Source: an uncultured Bacteroidota bacterium
GTDB taxonomy: Bacteria; Bacteroidota; Ignavibacteria; UBA10030; UBA6906
Assembly (NCBI GenBank): GCA_963700635.1
Contig: CAVOYH010000002.1
Span: 1-64,000 of the forward strand
Reading direction: 5' to 3'
DNA length: 64,000 nt
Positions 50,311 to 60,717 of the stretch are shown piece after piece; position 1 is the stretch's first letter; the number at the start of each line of letters is the position of its first letter. The position numbers and the translations under genes were made by a program. The notes beneath the pieces are model-generated. The model was not told where the DNA came from and made no database searches. It saw only the letters and a program-made list of their open reading frames with translations.

Positions 50311-50590
50311 ATTTTTGTTTGTTCCCTGTTGCAACCCTCAACGGTTTTTCGTAGGTTACGTGCGAAGAGTTCAGGTGTTGAGTGAGGCGAATCCACGCTT
50401 CTCCTTTTGTACTAACAGGGATCAATACCATCACACACTCTCTACACCACAGACCGGTAAACGATGCGAGTCTTAATAGTCCAAACGATGTGTCTTCCGA
50501 TCCTGCTCGGAAGCCTGCTCTCTTCGTTCCGTTTCTGGGGTGTTCTCCAGCGAAACCCGCTGGAAGAAAGGCTGGAACAAACGGCACGGT

Positions 50591-52228
50591 ATGAAGAAGG
50601 AAATAATTATCAATGCGGCGGCCAACGAAACTCGGATTGCCATCACCGAGGATGGTCGCCTGGCAGAGCTCTTTGTTGAAACTGCAAACAAAGAGAAGAT
50701 GGTCGGAGATATCTACCTCGGCAAAGTAGCCAAGGTAATGCCCGGTATCAGGGCAGCATTTATCGATATAGGACTCGGTCAGGACGGTTTCCTTCATTTC
50801 TCGGACATCGGGAGCCGGTTTGACGAGTACAACACGCTCATCGAAGACGAGGATGAAGACGAGGACGAGGACGCCAAAGGCAATTCGTCCGATCCTTCGA
50901 ACGGTGAAAAGGCAGCGGTCGCTGCCGAATCACGCTCGCAAGGCCGCCGTGGCGGCCAACGAAGACCACCCCCCCCCGCTGAACCTCCCAGACACCCGTC
51001 GAAAGAAGTTCTGCTTGAAAAAGGGCAGGAGATCATTGTCCAGATCATCAAGGAACCCGTCGGCAAAAAGGGTGTCCGGGTAACATCCGAAGTTTCCCTG
51101 GCCGGCCGCTTTCTTGTGCTCCTCCCGTTCGACAACAAGGTCGGGATCTCGAAGAAGATCACCAACTTCAAAGAAAAACGCCGCCTGCGGCGTATTGCAC
51201 AGGGTATTCTTCCCCCGGGTTTCGGTACGATTATCCGGACCGTCGCAGAAGGTAAGGAAGAATCCTCGATCAAAAATGATCTGGAAGATCTGATTTCGAC
51301 GTGGCGTGAAATTGAGAAGACGGTCAAAACCGAAACGGCACCCTGCCTGCTGTACAAAGACCTTGCCACCACGTCCAGCGTTATCCGGGACCTGTTTTCG
51401 AACGATGTGTCGCGCGTGGTGATCGACTCAAAGAAGCTGCACCGCGAAATTCGAGCCTATATCAAGTACACGTCGCCGCAGCTTCTTGAAAAAATCGAAT
51501 GGCACAAAGACCGCGCTCCGATCTTCGATGCATACGGAGTGGAGAAGGAAATCGAGACAACACTTTCGCGCAAAGTATGGATGAAGAGCGGTGGGTATAT
51601 CATCATCGAGCCAACAGAAGCGATGGTGGTCATCGACGTGAACAGCGGCCGCTACGCACCCAAAAAAGAGCAGGAACAGAACTCTCTGCGCACGGACCTG
51701 GAAGCGGCTCGGGAGATCACCCGGCAGCTCCGTCTCCGTGATCTCGGCGGCATTATCGTGTGCGACTTCATCGACCTCGACGATGAGAAGAACAAGAAGA
51801 AGCTGTACGAGGAGCTGAAGAAAGAGTTCCGGAAAGACCGCGCCAAGGTGACGGTGTTGCCCATGACCGAATTCGGACTTGTGCAGATCACCCGGCAGCG
51901 GATCCGGCAGAATATTATGCACAGCTTCACCGAGCCCTGTCCGACGTGCGGCGGAGTCGGGCTGGTTCAATCAAAGACAACCACCCTGAATCAACTCGAG
52001 CGGTCGGTCCGGCGGTTTAAGACGGAAACCCATGAAACACGGATCCTGCTGCGCATCAACCCTTCGCTTGCACCCGCTTTACGCGAAGGTGTGATCAGCC
52101 GCAAGCGCAGGATTATGTTCAAATACCGCGTTATGATCAAGCTCGAAGAAGATCCGTCCATTCCGATCGGGGAATTCCGCATGATCTCCCGCAAGCAAGG
52201 GAAAGATGTGACGGACCAATTTAAGTAG
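50591..52228 (+). CDS. Ribonuclease E/G family
   Basis: GDIYLGKV..AAFIDIG..GFLH S1 domain, VIDVNSGR, RLRDLGGIIVCDFID, CPTCGG. Confidence 0.95.
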   Translation: MKKEIIINAAANETRIAITEDGRLAELFVETANKEKMVGDIYLGKVAKVMPGIRAAFIDIGLGQDGFLHFSDIGSRFDEYNTLIEDEDEDEDEDAKGNSSDPSNGEKAAVAAESRSQGRRGGQRRPPPPAEPPRHPSKEVLLEKGQEIIVQIIKEPVGKKGVRVTSEVSLAGRFLVLLPFDNKVGISKKITNFKEKRRLRRIAQGILPPGFGTIIRTVAEGKEESSIKNDLEDLISTWREIEKTVKTETAPCLLYKDLATTSSVIRDLFSNDVSRVVIDSKKLHREIRAYIKYTSPQLLEKIEWHKDRAPIFDAYGVEKEIETTLSRKVWMKSGGYIIIEPTEAMVVIDVNSGRYAPKKEQEQNSLRTDLEAAREITRQLRLRDLGGIIVCDFIDLDDEKNKKKLYEELKKEFRKDRAKVTVLPMTEFGLVQITRQRIRQNIMHSFTEPCPTCGGVGLVQSKTTTLNQLERSVRRFKTETHETRILLRINPSLAPALREGVISRKRRIMFKYRVMIKLEEDPSIPIGEFRMISRKQGKDVTDQFK

Positions 52229-52240
52229 GGGAACACCGGT

Positions 52241-53335
52241 ATGGCGCTGAAACGCACTGCATTCTATGACAGGCACGTGCACCTCGGCGGGAAGATTGTG
52301 GAGTTTGCGGGGTACGAGATGCCCGTGCAGTACTCTGGAATCGTTGATGAGCACAGACGCGTGCGCGAGCACGTCGGGATGTTTGATGTGTCGCATATGG
52401 GTGAAGTGGAAATCCGGGGCTCCGACGCCCTGGCGTTCATTCAATCCATTACCATCAACAACGCTGCCAAACTTTCCCCCGGACGGGTGCAGTATTCTGC
52501 CATGTGCTACCCCGACGGCGGCATTGTGGATGACCTCCTGGTCTACCATATGGGTGACTATTACGGACTGGTCATCAACGCCGCCAATACGGCCAAGGAC
52601 ATCGCGTGGATGCAACAGCATCTTCGCGGAGATGTGACCCTCATCGATCGCACCGACTCCACATCGTTGCTGGCCGTTCAGGGACCACGGTCGCTGGACA
52701 CCCTCAAGAAGCTCACCAACGCCGATCTGGCCGCGATGCCATATTACAGCTGGATCCGGGCCCGCGTGGCTGATGTTGATATGGTGCTCTCCCGGACGGG
52801 ATACACCGGCGAACTTGGATTTGAACTGTATTTTCCCGCGGACAGGGAAGCCGGCGAACGGATCTGGGATACGATCCTGGAGGCAGGCAAGGAGTATTCA
52901 ATCGCCCCCGCGGGTCTCGGGGCACGTGATACACTGCGGCTGGAAATGGGATTCTGCCTGTACGGCAACGATATCGACCACACCACCAATCCGCTTGAAG
53001 CCGGACTCGGGTGGATCACCAAGACTGAAAAGGGGAGCTTCATCGGACAGGAGGCGATTCAGAAAGTCAAGCAGGCAGGGCTGACGCGAAAACTGGCGGC
53101 CTTTACGGTGAACGACAAGGCCTTTCCCCGTCACGGGTATCCGATCCATGCCGGGGGCGCCCAGGTGGGTACCGTAACATCAGGGACCTTTTCGCCCACT
53201 CTGGAATACGGAATCGGCATGGGGTACGTCCCGTCTGCTCTCGGTGCGCCGGGAATGACCATCGAAGTGATGATCAGGAACAAAGCATTTCCTGCGACCG
53301 TTGTATCACCACCGTTCGTGAAGAAGAGCTCATGA
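52241..53335 (+). CDS. gcvT: Glycine cleavage system aminomethyltransferase
   Basis: FAGYEMPVQY, FDVSHMGE, SRTGYTGELGFE, GLGARDTLRLE. Confidence 0.96.
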   Translation: MALKRTAFYDRHVHLGGKIVEFAGYEMPVQYSGIVDEHRRVREHVGMFDVSHMGEVEIRGSDALAFIQSITINNAAKLSPGRVQYSAMCYPDGGIVDDLLVYHMGDYYGLVINAANTAKDIAWMQQHLRGDVTLIDRTDSTSLLAVQGPRSLDTLKKLTNADLAAMPYYSWIRARVADVDMVLSRTGYTGELGFELYFPADREAGERIWDTILEAGKEYSIAPAGLGARDTLRLEMGFCLYGNDIDHTTNPLEAGLGWITKTEKGSFIGQEAIQKVKQAGLTRKLAAFTVNDKAFPRHGYPIHAGGAQVGTVTSGTFSPTLEYGIGMGYVPSALGAPGMTIEVMIRNKAFPATVVSPPFVKKSS

Positions 53336-54111
53336 TCCGACTTACGGTGTACCTCACGCCACACCAGGTCGATGAACTTGCGTTGCGGGAGAAGACCGTT
53401 GTGGTGGTGGATGTGCTGCGTGCCGGGACAACGGTAACGACGGCGCTCAGCAATGGAGCGCGCGAGGTGATCCCGACGGCGACCGTCGAGGCAGCCGCCC
53501 GGGTGTCGGGAAATCTCACCGGCGGCGTTACGTTGCTCGCGGGCGAACGTAACGGCAGGATGATCGAAGGATTTCATCTGGGCAATTCGCCACTCGAGTA
53601 TACGCCGGAGAAGGTCCGGGGAAAAGCGATCGTCTTTGTCTCTTCCAATGGTACACCCGTGTTCCTGAAGGCGCGGCATGCCCGGGAGATGGTCGTGTGC
53701 AGCTTCGTGAACATCAGCGCCGTATCCGAGTTTGTACGTGAAAAAGACGGCGATGTGGCAGTCCTGTGCGCGGGTAATGCCGGAGCGCTTTCTTTCGAGG
53801 ATGCCGTCTGCGCCGGAATGCTTGTTCATCTTCTGTCCGGCGCCGAAGGAAATACCATCCACCTGAGTGATGCCGGACGTGCCGTGCACGCGCTGCACAA
53901 AATCCATGCGAAAAATCTGCTGCGGATGCTCAAGGGGACGGACAACGGCCGTAGTCTGATTGAACTAGGTTTTCTGGAAGATATTCGTTTTTGCGCCAAA
54001 CTTGACACGGTCCCGGTAGTCCCTCTGCTTGACGGCACTGTGTTGCGCCTCCCGCGCACCGGAGAGAAAAAGGACACTCCCGTAGAGGTGTCAGGGCAAT
54101 TGGAGAAGTAG
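53332..54111 (+). CDS. comB: 2-phosphosulfolactate phosphatase family
   Basis: VVDVLRAGTT, AGER..GF.LGNSP, SSNGT, EDAVCAG. Confidence 0.9.
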   Translation: MIRLTVYLTPHQVDELALREKTVVVVDVLRAGTTVTTALSNGAREVIPTATVEAAARVSGNLTGGVTLLAGERNGRMIEGFHLGNSPLEYTPEKVRGKAIVFVSSNGTPVFLKARHAREMVVCSFVNISAVSEFVREKDGDVAVLCAGNAGALSFEDAVCAGMLVHLLSGAEGNTIHLSDAGRAVHALHKIHAKNLLRMLKGTDNGRSLIELGFLEDIRFCAKLDTVPVVPLLDGTVLRLPRTGEKKDTPVEVSGQLEK

Positions 54112-54115
54112 AGGA

Positions 54116-56569
54116 ATGCCCCAGCAATTTCGACAACGACCCGCCGCTCAACCAGCGCGCAAGGAACCTTCAAAAGCCCGGACCCGGCACCAGTGGGCGG
54201 TGCTGTCTATCCTCCTCTTCGCGTGTGCCCTCCTGATTTTTATCGCTCTTGCAACCTATGACGCCGCTGATGAGGCTAACGCAGACGTCCGGTTTTCACA
54301 CCTCTGGGGTGTGCTTGCAGGTGATCGGGAGGCCCAGAGACTCTGGGATACCACACACAACGGCCTCGGCCTGGTCGGGGTCCTCATTTCCGATTTCCTG
54401 ATCCGCTCGACGGTCGGGTTCAGCGTCTTTATTCTCCCCGTGCTTATGGTGCTCTGGGGGTGGACACTCCTCCGGAAGGGGGAGGCACGGCGGACGATTA
54501 CCCTGACGAACTATTCAATTCTCTGGGCCCTCCTCATCTCGGCTGCCTTCGGAATGATCCGGCGGATATTTCCCGAAACTGGTCCGACGATGGAGTGGAG
54601 CGGGGCAATCGGCGAGTTTATCTCGACCGTGCTTTCACAACTTATCGGACGTGCCGGCGGAGCGCTGGCAATCTGCGTGGGTATGTTTATCACTGCAATG
54701 ATCGGGGCCGACCTGGATTTGCACAATCTGGCTGACCGATTGCGCTCCTGGTGGGTCAAGGGGCAGGATTGGTACGCGCGGAAACGGGAGGAGTGGGAAG
54801 CCAGGGCTGCGAAAGAAGCGGAAGAAAACGAAAAAGTAGCAGAACGTGACAGCGGAATTGCGGGAGAGAATGGGAAAAATCAGGCGCCGGTGAGAATTAC
54901 CCGGAGGCCCATTGAAGACCCCCCGGGATTATACAACCCCGAATCCACTTCTGCTGCCTCTACACGAATCATGAACTTTCCGACAGTCCCCCGTACTGTT
55001 GACGCTGAGGAAACAACAGACCACGGTGTGGACCCGGTAACGAATCGTGTTGCATCCTCCCCGAAGGGATCCACGGCCACGGAAGACATCGAGTACGTCT
55101 TTCCGTCGGTGGAGCTTCTGGATCCTCCCAAGCCCGGCAGAGAAGACGTGGACGAGTCCGAACTGCAGGCAAACGCCGAGTTGCTCCGCGAGACCCTTCT
55201 CCAGTTTGATGTGGAAGTGGAAAGTGTGAGTGTAACACCGGGTCCGGTGGTCACGCTCTATGAACTCGTCCCGGCCAGCGGCGTCAAGATCAGCAGCATC
55301 GTCAGTCTCGAAAATGACATTGCACTCAAGCTTGCGGCCAGAGGAATTCGCATCATGGCGCCTATTCCGGGAAAGTCTGCGGTGGGCGTCGAAATTCCGA
55401 ATTCGCATAGGTCCCTCGTTACCATCCGGAGCGTCATCAACTCTGCCGTCTTCCGCGATTCCAAAGCGAGCCTCCCCATGGCAATGGGAAAGACTATTGC
55501 CGGTGAAGTGTTCGCGGACGACCTGGCAAGAATGCCCCACCTGCTTGTTGCGGGATCCACCGGGTCTGGAAAAAGTGTGGGCATCAACACCATGCTCGCC
55601 AGCTTGCTTTACAGGATGCATCCGTCCGATTTGAAACTGCTGATCATCGATCCGAAAAAGATCGAACTGGCGCAATACGGGCGATTAAAATCACATTTCC
55701 TGGCGGTGTCTCCGGATGTGCAGGAGGAAATCCTGACCACACCCGCAACGTCCGTGCTCGCCCTGAAGGGCGCTGAACTGGAAATGGAACGTCGTTACGA
55801 CCGTCTCTCCAAAGCCGGTGTGCGTAACATTCTGGACTACAACCAGAAACTTGCCAGCGGGAAGATCAAAAGCACCCCCGAACAGACACACGTAAAAATG
55901 CCGTATCTCGTGGTGGTGATTGATGAACTGGCCGACCTGATGATCACAGCGGCGCGGGAGGTGGAAGAACCGATCGCCCGGCTGGCCCAGCTTGCACGTG
56001 CAGTGGGGATCCACCTGATTGTCGCCACCCAGCGCCCATCGGTAGACGTGATCACGGGAGTTATCAAGGCGAATTTCCCCGCACGCATAGCGTTTCAGGT
56101 GGCCTCAAAAACCGATTCGCGCACCATCCTGGACATGAACGGAGCGGAACAGCTTCTGGGCAACGGGGACATGCTCTACCTTGCGAGCGGCAGTCCAAAG
56201 CCCATACGGCTCCAGAATGCGTATATCTCCCCCGATGAAGTTGAAGCCCTGATGGAACATATCGGAAAACAGAAGGGATATCCGGAGCCGTTCGCGCTGC
56301 CATCTGTGATCGAGAAAAAACGCAACGCCGATGCGAGCAGCGGCGGAGCACGCGACGAGCTCTTTGAGGATGCTGCGCGTGTTATCGTCCGGTATCAACA
56401 GGGCTCGGTGTCATTGTTGCAGAGACGTTTGAAAGTGGGGTATTCCCGCGCCGCGCGACTCGTAGATGAATTGGAGGCGGCGGGAATCGTCGGACCGGCG
56501 GACGGCAGCAAGGCCCGGGATGTACTGGTGGAATCTGAAGTCGAACTGGATATCATTCTTCAAGGATAA
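54116..56569 (+). CDS. ftsK: DNA translocase FtsK
   Basis: 4TM N-terminus, PHLLVAGSTGSGKS, IDELADLM, ATQRPSVDVITG, LQRRLKVGYSRAAR gamma domain. Confidence 0.97.
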   Translation: MPQQFRQRPAAQPARKEPSKARTRHQWAVLSILLFACALLIFIALATYDAADEANADVRFSHLWGVLAGDREAQRLWDTTHNGLGLVGVLISDFLIRSTVGFSVFILPVLMVLWGWTLLRKGEARRTITLTNYSILWALLISAAFGMIRRIFPETGPTMEWSGAIGEFISTVLSQLIGRAGGALAICVGMFITAMIGADLDLHNLADRLRSWWVKGQDWYARKREEWEARAAKEAEENEKVAERDSGIAGENGKNQAPVRITRRPIEDPPGLYNPESTSAASTRIMNFPTVPRTVDAEETTDHGVDPVTNRVASSPKGSTATEDIEYVFPSVELLDPPKPGREDVDESELQANAELLRETLLQFDVEVESVSVTPGPVVTLYELVPASGVKISSIVSLENDIALKLAARGIRIMAPIPGKSAVGVEIPNSHRSLVTIRSVINSAVFRDSKASLPMAMGKTIAGEVFADDLARMPHLLVAGSTGSGKSVGINTMLASLLYRMHPSDLKLLIIDPKKIELAQYGRLKSHFLAVSPDVQEEILTTPATSVLALKGAELEMERRYDRLSKAGVRNILDYNQKLASGKIKSTPEQTHVKMPYLVVVIDELADLMITAAREVEEPIARLAQLARAVGIHLIVATQRPSVDVITGVIKANFPARIAFQVASKTDSRTILDMNGAEQLLGNGDMLYLASGSPKPIRLQNAYISPDEVEALMEHIGKQKGYPEPFALPSVIEKKRNADASSGGARDELFEDAARVIVRYQQGSVSLLQRRLKVGYSRAARLVDELEAAGIVGPADGSKARDVLVESEVELDIILQG

Positions 56570-56570
56570 C

Positions 56571-57221
56571 ATGATGGGTAAGCGAAGCATCAGGAGCGTT
56601 CTGCTCTTTGTACTCCTGCTCTCCGCGACGGTGGGGAGTGCGGCCGGGGAAACGGCGAAAGAGGTCCTCGAAAATGTGCGTGACCGGTATGAGTCTATCA
56701 CGGATGGTGAGGTCCGGTTCACTCAAAAAGTTGTCTTTGCGATGGCGCGCATCGAGCAGGAGGTGACAGGTACCCTGGTATTTAAGAAAGAGCACAAGTA
56801 CCGGGTGGAATACGAGGGACAGGTGATCGTGACAGATGGTGAAACGGTGTGGTCATACTCCCGCTCTACGAACCAGGTCCTCGTCGATCATTTTAAGATC
56901 AATGAACGGTCACTGACCCCGGAACGCATTCTCGGCAATGCTCCGGACGACTACACTCCGACGCTTGTGGGAAAAGAGAAAATCGGTAAGATCGAGACGA
57001 TTATCGTGAAGCTCACACCGCCGGAGACCGGGGGGATGGTAAAATCCATGAAGGTGTGGGTACAGGAAGGTGAGTGGCTCATCCGGCGCGTTGAGCTGCT
57101 GGACCTTCACGGGAAACAAACAACCTACCAGGTGCATTCCATCAAAACCAACACCGGAATTCCGGATTCACGGTTTGTCTATCAGCCCCCGGCGGGCGTC
57201 GAGATCATCGACCTCCGATGA
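56571..57221 (+). CDS. lolA: Outer-membrane lipoprotein carrier LolA
   Basis: Signal peptide, FTQ, KYRVE, VTDGETVWSY..NQV; directly after ftsK. Confidence 0.88.
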   Translation: MMGKRSIRSVLLFVLLLSATVGSAAGETAKEVLENVRDRYESITDGEVRFTQKVVFAMARIEQEVTGTLVFKKEHKYRVEYEGQVIVTDGETVWSYSRSTNQVLVDHFKINERSLTPERILGNAPDDYTPTLVGKEKIGKIETIIVKLTPPETGGMVKSMKVWVQEGEWLIRRVELLDLHGKQTTYQVHSIKTNTGIPDSRFVYQPPAGVEIIDLR

Positions 57222-57236
57222 GGATGTAATCAAACG

Positions 57237-58280
57237 ATGACTCCCGGTCCGGTGCCCACAAAAAAGAACCGCACTCGCAGGTTCCTGCAATACGGGATGA
57301 GTATCGGCATTACCGGGGTCTTCCTGTATGTCGCGTTTCGTGGGACGGATTTTGAAAAGCTGCTTGTATCACTCCGCGAAACAAACTACTGGTGGATGAT
57401 CCCCAACTTCGCCTGCCTGATGGGTAGCCACTTTCTGCGCTCCTGGCGATGGCGCTACATGCTGGAACCCGTAAAGCCCAATATTTCCCTCCGGAATCTG
57501 TTCTCCGGCGTCATGGTGGGGTACATGATGAACAACATCCTCCCCAGGGCGGGTGAAATTGTACGGCCCTATACCATCGGCAAACTCGAACATATCTCCA
57601 AGGGTGCGGCCTTCGGGACGATCGTGGTGGAGCGGATCATCGATACCCTCTCATTCCTCTTTCTGGTGGCTGCCATCCCGTTTCTGTATGAAGGCCCGCT
57701 GACAGAGTCGTTCCCCTGGCTGGAAAAAACCGGACTGATCGTCTCGGTTGTCACCGGAGCCCTCCTCGCGCTTCTGGTTGCGCTGATGCTCCGACGGAAC
57801 TGGACGGACGGGCTCCTCAGAAGCCTGGCGCGAATTCTTCCTGCGCGCCTGGTCACACGGATAGAGAGTCTGGTGCATTCCTTTCTGGATGGTTTCCTGT
57901 TCCTGACCCGGCCCGGCCGCTTTATTCCGATCTTTGTCCTGAGTGTACTGATCTGGTTTCTCTACGGGCTCATGGTGTACGTCGCATTTTATGCCTTTGA
58001 CCTGCAGGAACTCGGGTTCCGCGCGGCCATCGTAGTCCTTGCGATATCCAGCATCGGCATCGCCATGCCAACGCCCGGCGGTACCGGAACGTACCATGTC
58101 CTTGCTTCGCAGACCTTGAGCCGGCTTTTCGCGGTGGACGCGACGACGGCGCTGACCTTTGCGACCGTCACGCATGCCGTAGGATTTGTGGGTGTTACCA
58201 TCATCGGGGTCTACTACTTCCTCCGGGATCATATCCGGGTATCGGAAGCGGTGGATTCGCACGAGGGGCGGGGAGAATGA
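57237..58280 (+). CDS. Lysylphosphatidylglycerol synthase TM / flippase-like protein
   Basis: RSWRW, NNILPRAGEIVR, VERIID, PTPGGTG. Confidence 0.88.
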   Translation: MTPGPVPTKKNRTRRFLQYGMSIGITGVFLYVAFRGTDFEKLLVSLRETNYWWMIPNFACLMGSHFLRSWRWRYMLEPVKPNISLRNLFSGVMVGYMMNNILPRAGEIVRPYTIGKLEHISKGAAFGTIVVERIIDTLSFLFLVAAIPFLYEGPLTESFPWLEKTGLIVSVVTGALLALLVALMLRRNWTDGLLRSLARILPARLVTRIESLVHSFLDGFLFLTRPGRFIPIFVLSVLIWFLYGLMVYVAFYAFDLQELGFRAAIVVLAISSIGIAMPTPGGTGTYHVLASQTLSRLFAVDATTALTFATVTHAVGFVGVTIIGVYYFLRDHIRVSEAVDSHEGRGE

Positions 58281-58951
58281 GCAAACGGATGTGCCTGTCC
58301 ATGCTTGTCTTCCTGGGGATCTCCGGTGCGCATGCTGCCGACGGGGGTCAGACACCTTCATCGCGCATAGGCATCAGCGCGGGCATGGGCGTGAGCTATC
58401 TTACCCAGCGTGATCTTGTGGACATGATTAATGGCGGCTTCACCCCCGGCCGGCGTGTTGAGGAATTTAATTCGGCGGTTGACTTCTTCGGATCGGTCTT
58501 CATTCCGCTCTCGGCGGATTGGGCGCTCAGAGCCGAGTACACGTATCTCTTGAACACATACAATATTGCGGCGGCATTCGGCCCCGGAGAATTTACCACC
58601 ACGGTGCATATGCCCACCCTTGTGGTCGAATACATTCTGGTCGAGGAAGGACTCTACAACCTTAGCGGGGGCCTGGGCGCTGGATACCACGTGGGAGTGC
58701 TGAATCTGAAGTACGGCACGATCAACGACACGTACACGGCGACTGGACCGGGCATGGTGATGGTGATACACGGGAACACCGCCTTCGGCGAAGACCTGTT
58801 CGTGCATCTTGGCGTCAATGCCCGCTGGGAGTTTCTTGGCGAACTGCGCAACGCGAACGGTCAATCGCCGGGCAAAGGTGCACAGGGGAATGCAGCAACG
58901 CTGGGGAGTTTTGGGGTGGGGGCGAGATTGGGGCTCAGCTACTACTTTTAG
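58277..58951 (+). CDS. Hypothetical outer-membrane beta-barrel protein
   Basis: Signal peptide, amphipathic strands, C-terminal LGLSYYF. Confidence 0.7.
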   Translation: MSKRMCLSMLVFLGISGAHAADGGQTPSSRIGISAGMGVSYLTQRDLVDMINGGFTPGRRVEEFNSAVDFFGSVFIPLSADWALRAEYTYLLNTYNIAAAFGPGEFTTTVHMPTLVVEYILVEEGLYNLSGGLGAGYHVGVLNLKYGTINDTYTATGPGMVMVIHGNTAFGEDLFVHLGVNARWEFLGELRNANGQSPGKGAQGNAATLGSFGVGARLGLSYYF

Positions 58952-59010
58952 GGTACGGGAGAGATCTCATCTCCTCACGGCTATTCGACACCTATCATAC
59001 TGGAGGACAA

Positions 59011-59628
59011 ATGAAACAACCATTCATCTATCTACTGGCGGGACTTATGATAACCATGATTGCTGGTGAGGCCGACGCGCAAAAATCAGCGCCGGCAAAA
59101 AAGAAAGAATTTGCGGTGATCGAAACATCCATGGGCACGATTGAGGCGGAACTCTATGGCGCCGATGCACCCAAGACTGTTGAGAACTTCGTGAAACTTG
59201 CAGAAAAGAAATATTTTGACGGCGTGATCTTTCACCGCATCTCAAAGGGGTTTGTGATCCAGGGCGGAGACCCAACGGGAACCGGAACGGGCGGAAAGAG
59301 TATCTATGGAGGGGAGTTTGCCGATGAATTGAATCCGAATACCCCGTCATTCAAGGCCGGCTACGGCAAGGGCGTGCTGGCGATGGCAAACAGAGGGCCG
59401 AACACGAACACCAGCCAGTTTTTCATCATGCTCCAGGACGCGCCGCGTATGCCGAAAAACTACACGATCTTCGGCAAGGTGGTGAAGGGTATCGAAGTGG
59501 TCGACAAGATCGGGGACGTGGAGATCACCCCGCAGATGGGAGCGCGTGACGGCAAACCCAAAGTTGACGTGGTGATGAAGACTGTGACCATTCGACGCGA
59601 ACCGGCGAGCGAGCCCGCCAAAAAGTAA
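59011..59628 (+). CDS. Cyclophilin-type peptidyl-prolyl isomerase
   Basis: FHRISKGFVIQGGDP, LAMANRGPNTNTSQFFI, YTIFGKV. Confidence 0.95.
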   Translation: MKQPFIYLLAGLMITMIAGEADAQKSAPAKKKEFAVIETSMGTIEAELYGADAPKTVENFVKLAEKKYFDGVIFHRISKGFVIQGGDPTGTGTGGKSIYGGEFADELNPNTPSFKAGYGKGVLAMANRGPNTNTSQFFIMLQDAPRMPKNYTIFGKVVKGIEVVDKIGDVEITPQMGARDGKPKVDVVMKTVTIRREPASEPAKK

Positions 59629-60656
59629 TGGCAAAAGGTGGTCAGACATACAAAGACCTGACTGCAGCTCTCAAGAAGAAGTCCTTTCTCCCTGTGTACC
59701 TCCTGCACGGGGAGGAGGACTTTTTACTTGATATGGTTCTGAACGTGTTGCTTGATGCCGTACTCCCGGTTGACCTGCGTTCCCTTAATCTCGACGTTGT
59801 AAGCTGCGGAGAGGTGGACGGACGAGAAATTGCGTCGCGGGCCTCGTCAATGCCGATGATGGGTGACATGCGGGTGGTGGTGGCCAGAAACATCGAACGT
59901 ATGACCCAGCGGGATCTGGAACTGCTGGGCAGGTACGTTGACGCCCCGTCGGAAACCACTACACTTGTGCTTGCCGGGAAGAAAGCGGATCTACGGCGAA
60001 AACCATTCTCCACATTGAACGCCCGCGGCGCTGCCTTTGAATGCGCCCCGCTCTATGACGCAAAAATCCCTGCATGGATATCCGAGCGGGTCAGACTGCG
60101 AGGTGCCTCCATCGATGAAGAAGCAGCCCTTCTTCTCTCCGGATATGTCGGATCATCACTTCGCGAAATTGAGAGTGAAATAGAAAAACTGCTGACCTAT
60201 GTCGGAGACCGTAAAGCGGTGACAGGTGATGACGTGGCAGCCGTGGTGGGATTTTCAAGGGAATACACGATTTTTCAACTTCAGGATTCCATCGGGCGGG
60301 GGGATGCGCGTGGAGCACTCATTATTCTGGACCACATGCTGGACGACGGGCAGTCAATGCCGTATTTTATTGCGATGCTGACAGGCTACTTTTCGTCCCT
60401 CTGGAGGCTTCATCACCTGCTTCAGAGGGGGACACGAGAAGCCGGGGATCAGGCCGACTTCCCAAAGGCCTGGAATTGGAAGAAAAACGAGTATTTGGCC
60501 GCCCTGCGCCTCTATCCAGCCTCAAGGATTGAACGGGCTTTTAAACTTATGGCCGAAACCGCCTTTGCCTCAAGGCAAACGAGTGGCGCAGACGACCGCG
60601 ATCTCCTTCATACCATGCTGGTTCAGGTGATGGAAGACCTCCCTCCCGTCACTTGA
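59628..60656 (+). CDS. holA: DNA polymerase III delta subunit
   Basis: PVYLLHGEEDFL, MPMMGD.RVVV, EIEKL..Y, IFQL.D. Confidence 0.9.
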   Translation: MAKGGQTYKDLTAALKKKSFLPVYLLHGEEDFLLDMVLNVLLDAVLPVDLRSLNLDVVSCGEVDGREIASRASSMPMMGDMRVVVARNIERMTQRDLELLGRYVDAPSETTTLVLAGKKADLRRKPFSTLNARGAAFECAPLYDAKIPAWISERVRLRGASIDEEAALLLSGYVGSSLREIESEIEKLLTYVGDRKAVTGDDVAAVVGFSREYTIFQLQDSIGRGDARGALIILDHMLDDGQSMPYFIAMLTGYFSSLWRLHHLLQRGTREAGDQADFPKAWNWKKNEYLAALRLYPASRIERAFKLMAETAFASRQTSGADDRDLLHTMLVQVMEDLPPVT

Positions 60657-60681
60657 CTTCTCACTTCCCAAGTCTTAAATT
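60653..60681 (+). promoter_or_regulatory. sigma70-like promoter
   Basis: TTGACT-17 bp-TAAATT upstream of the TPR gene. Confidence 0.55.
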
Positions 60682-60717
60682 AAGGATATAGCCCAGAGAC
60701 TTAAGAAAACACTTTAT

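Noticed and set aside
50845-50875. GAC/GAG-rich low-complexity repeat
   Set aside because: Encodes the acidic linker EDEDEDEDED inside RNase E/G.
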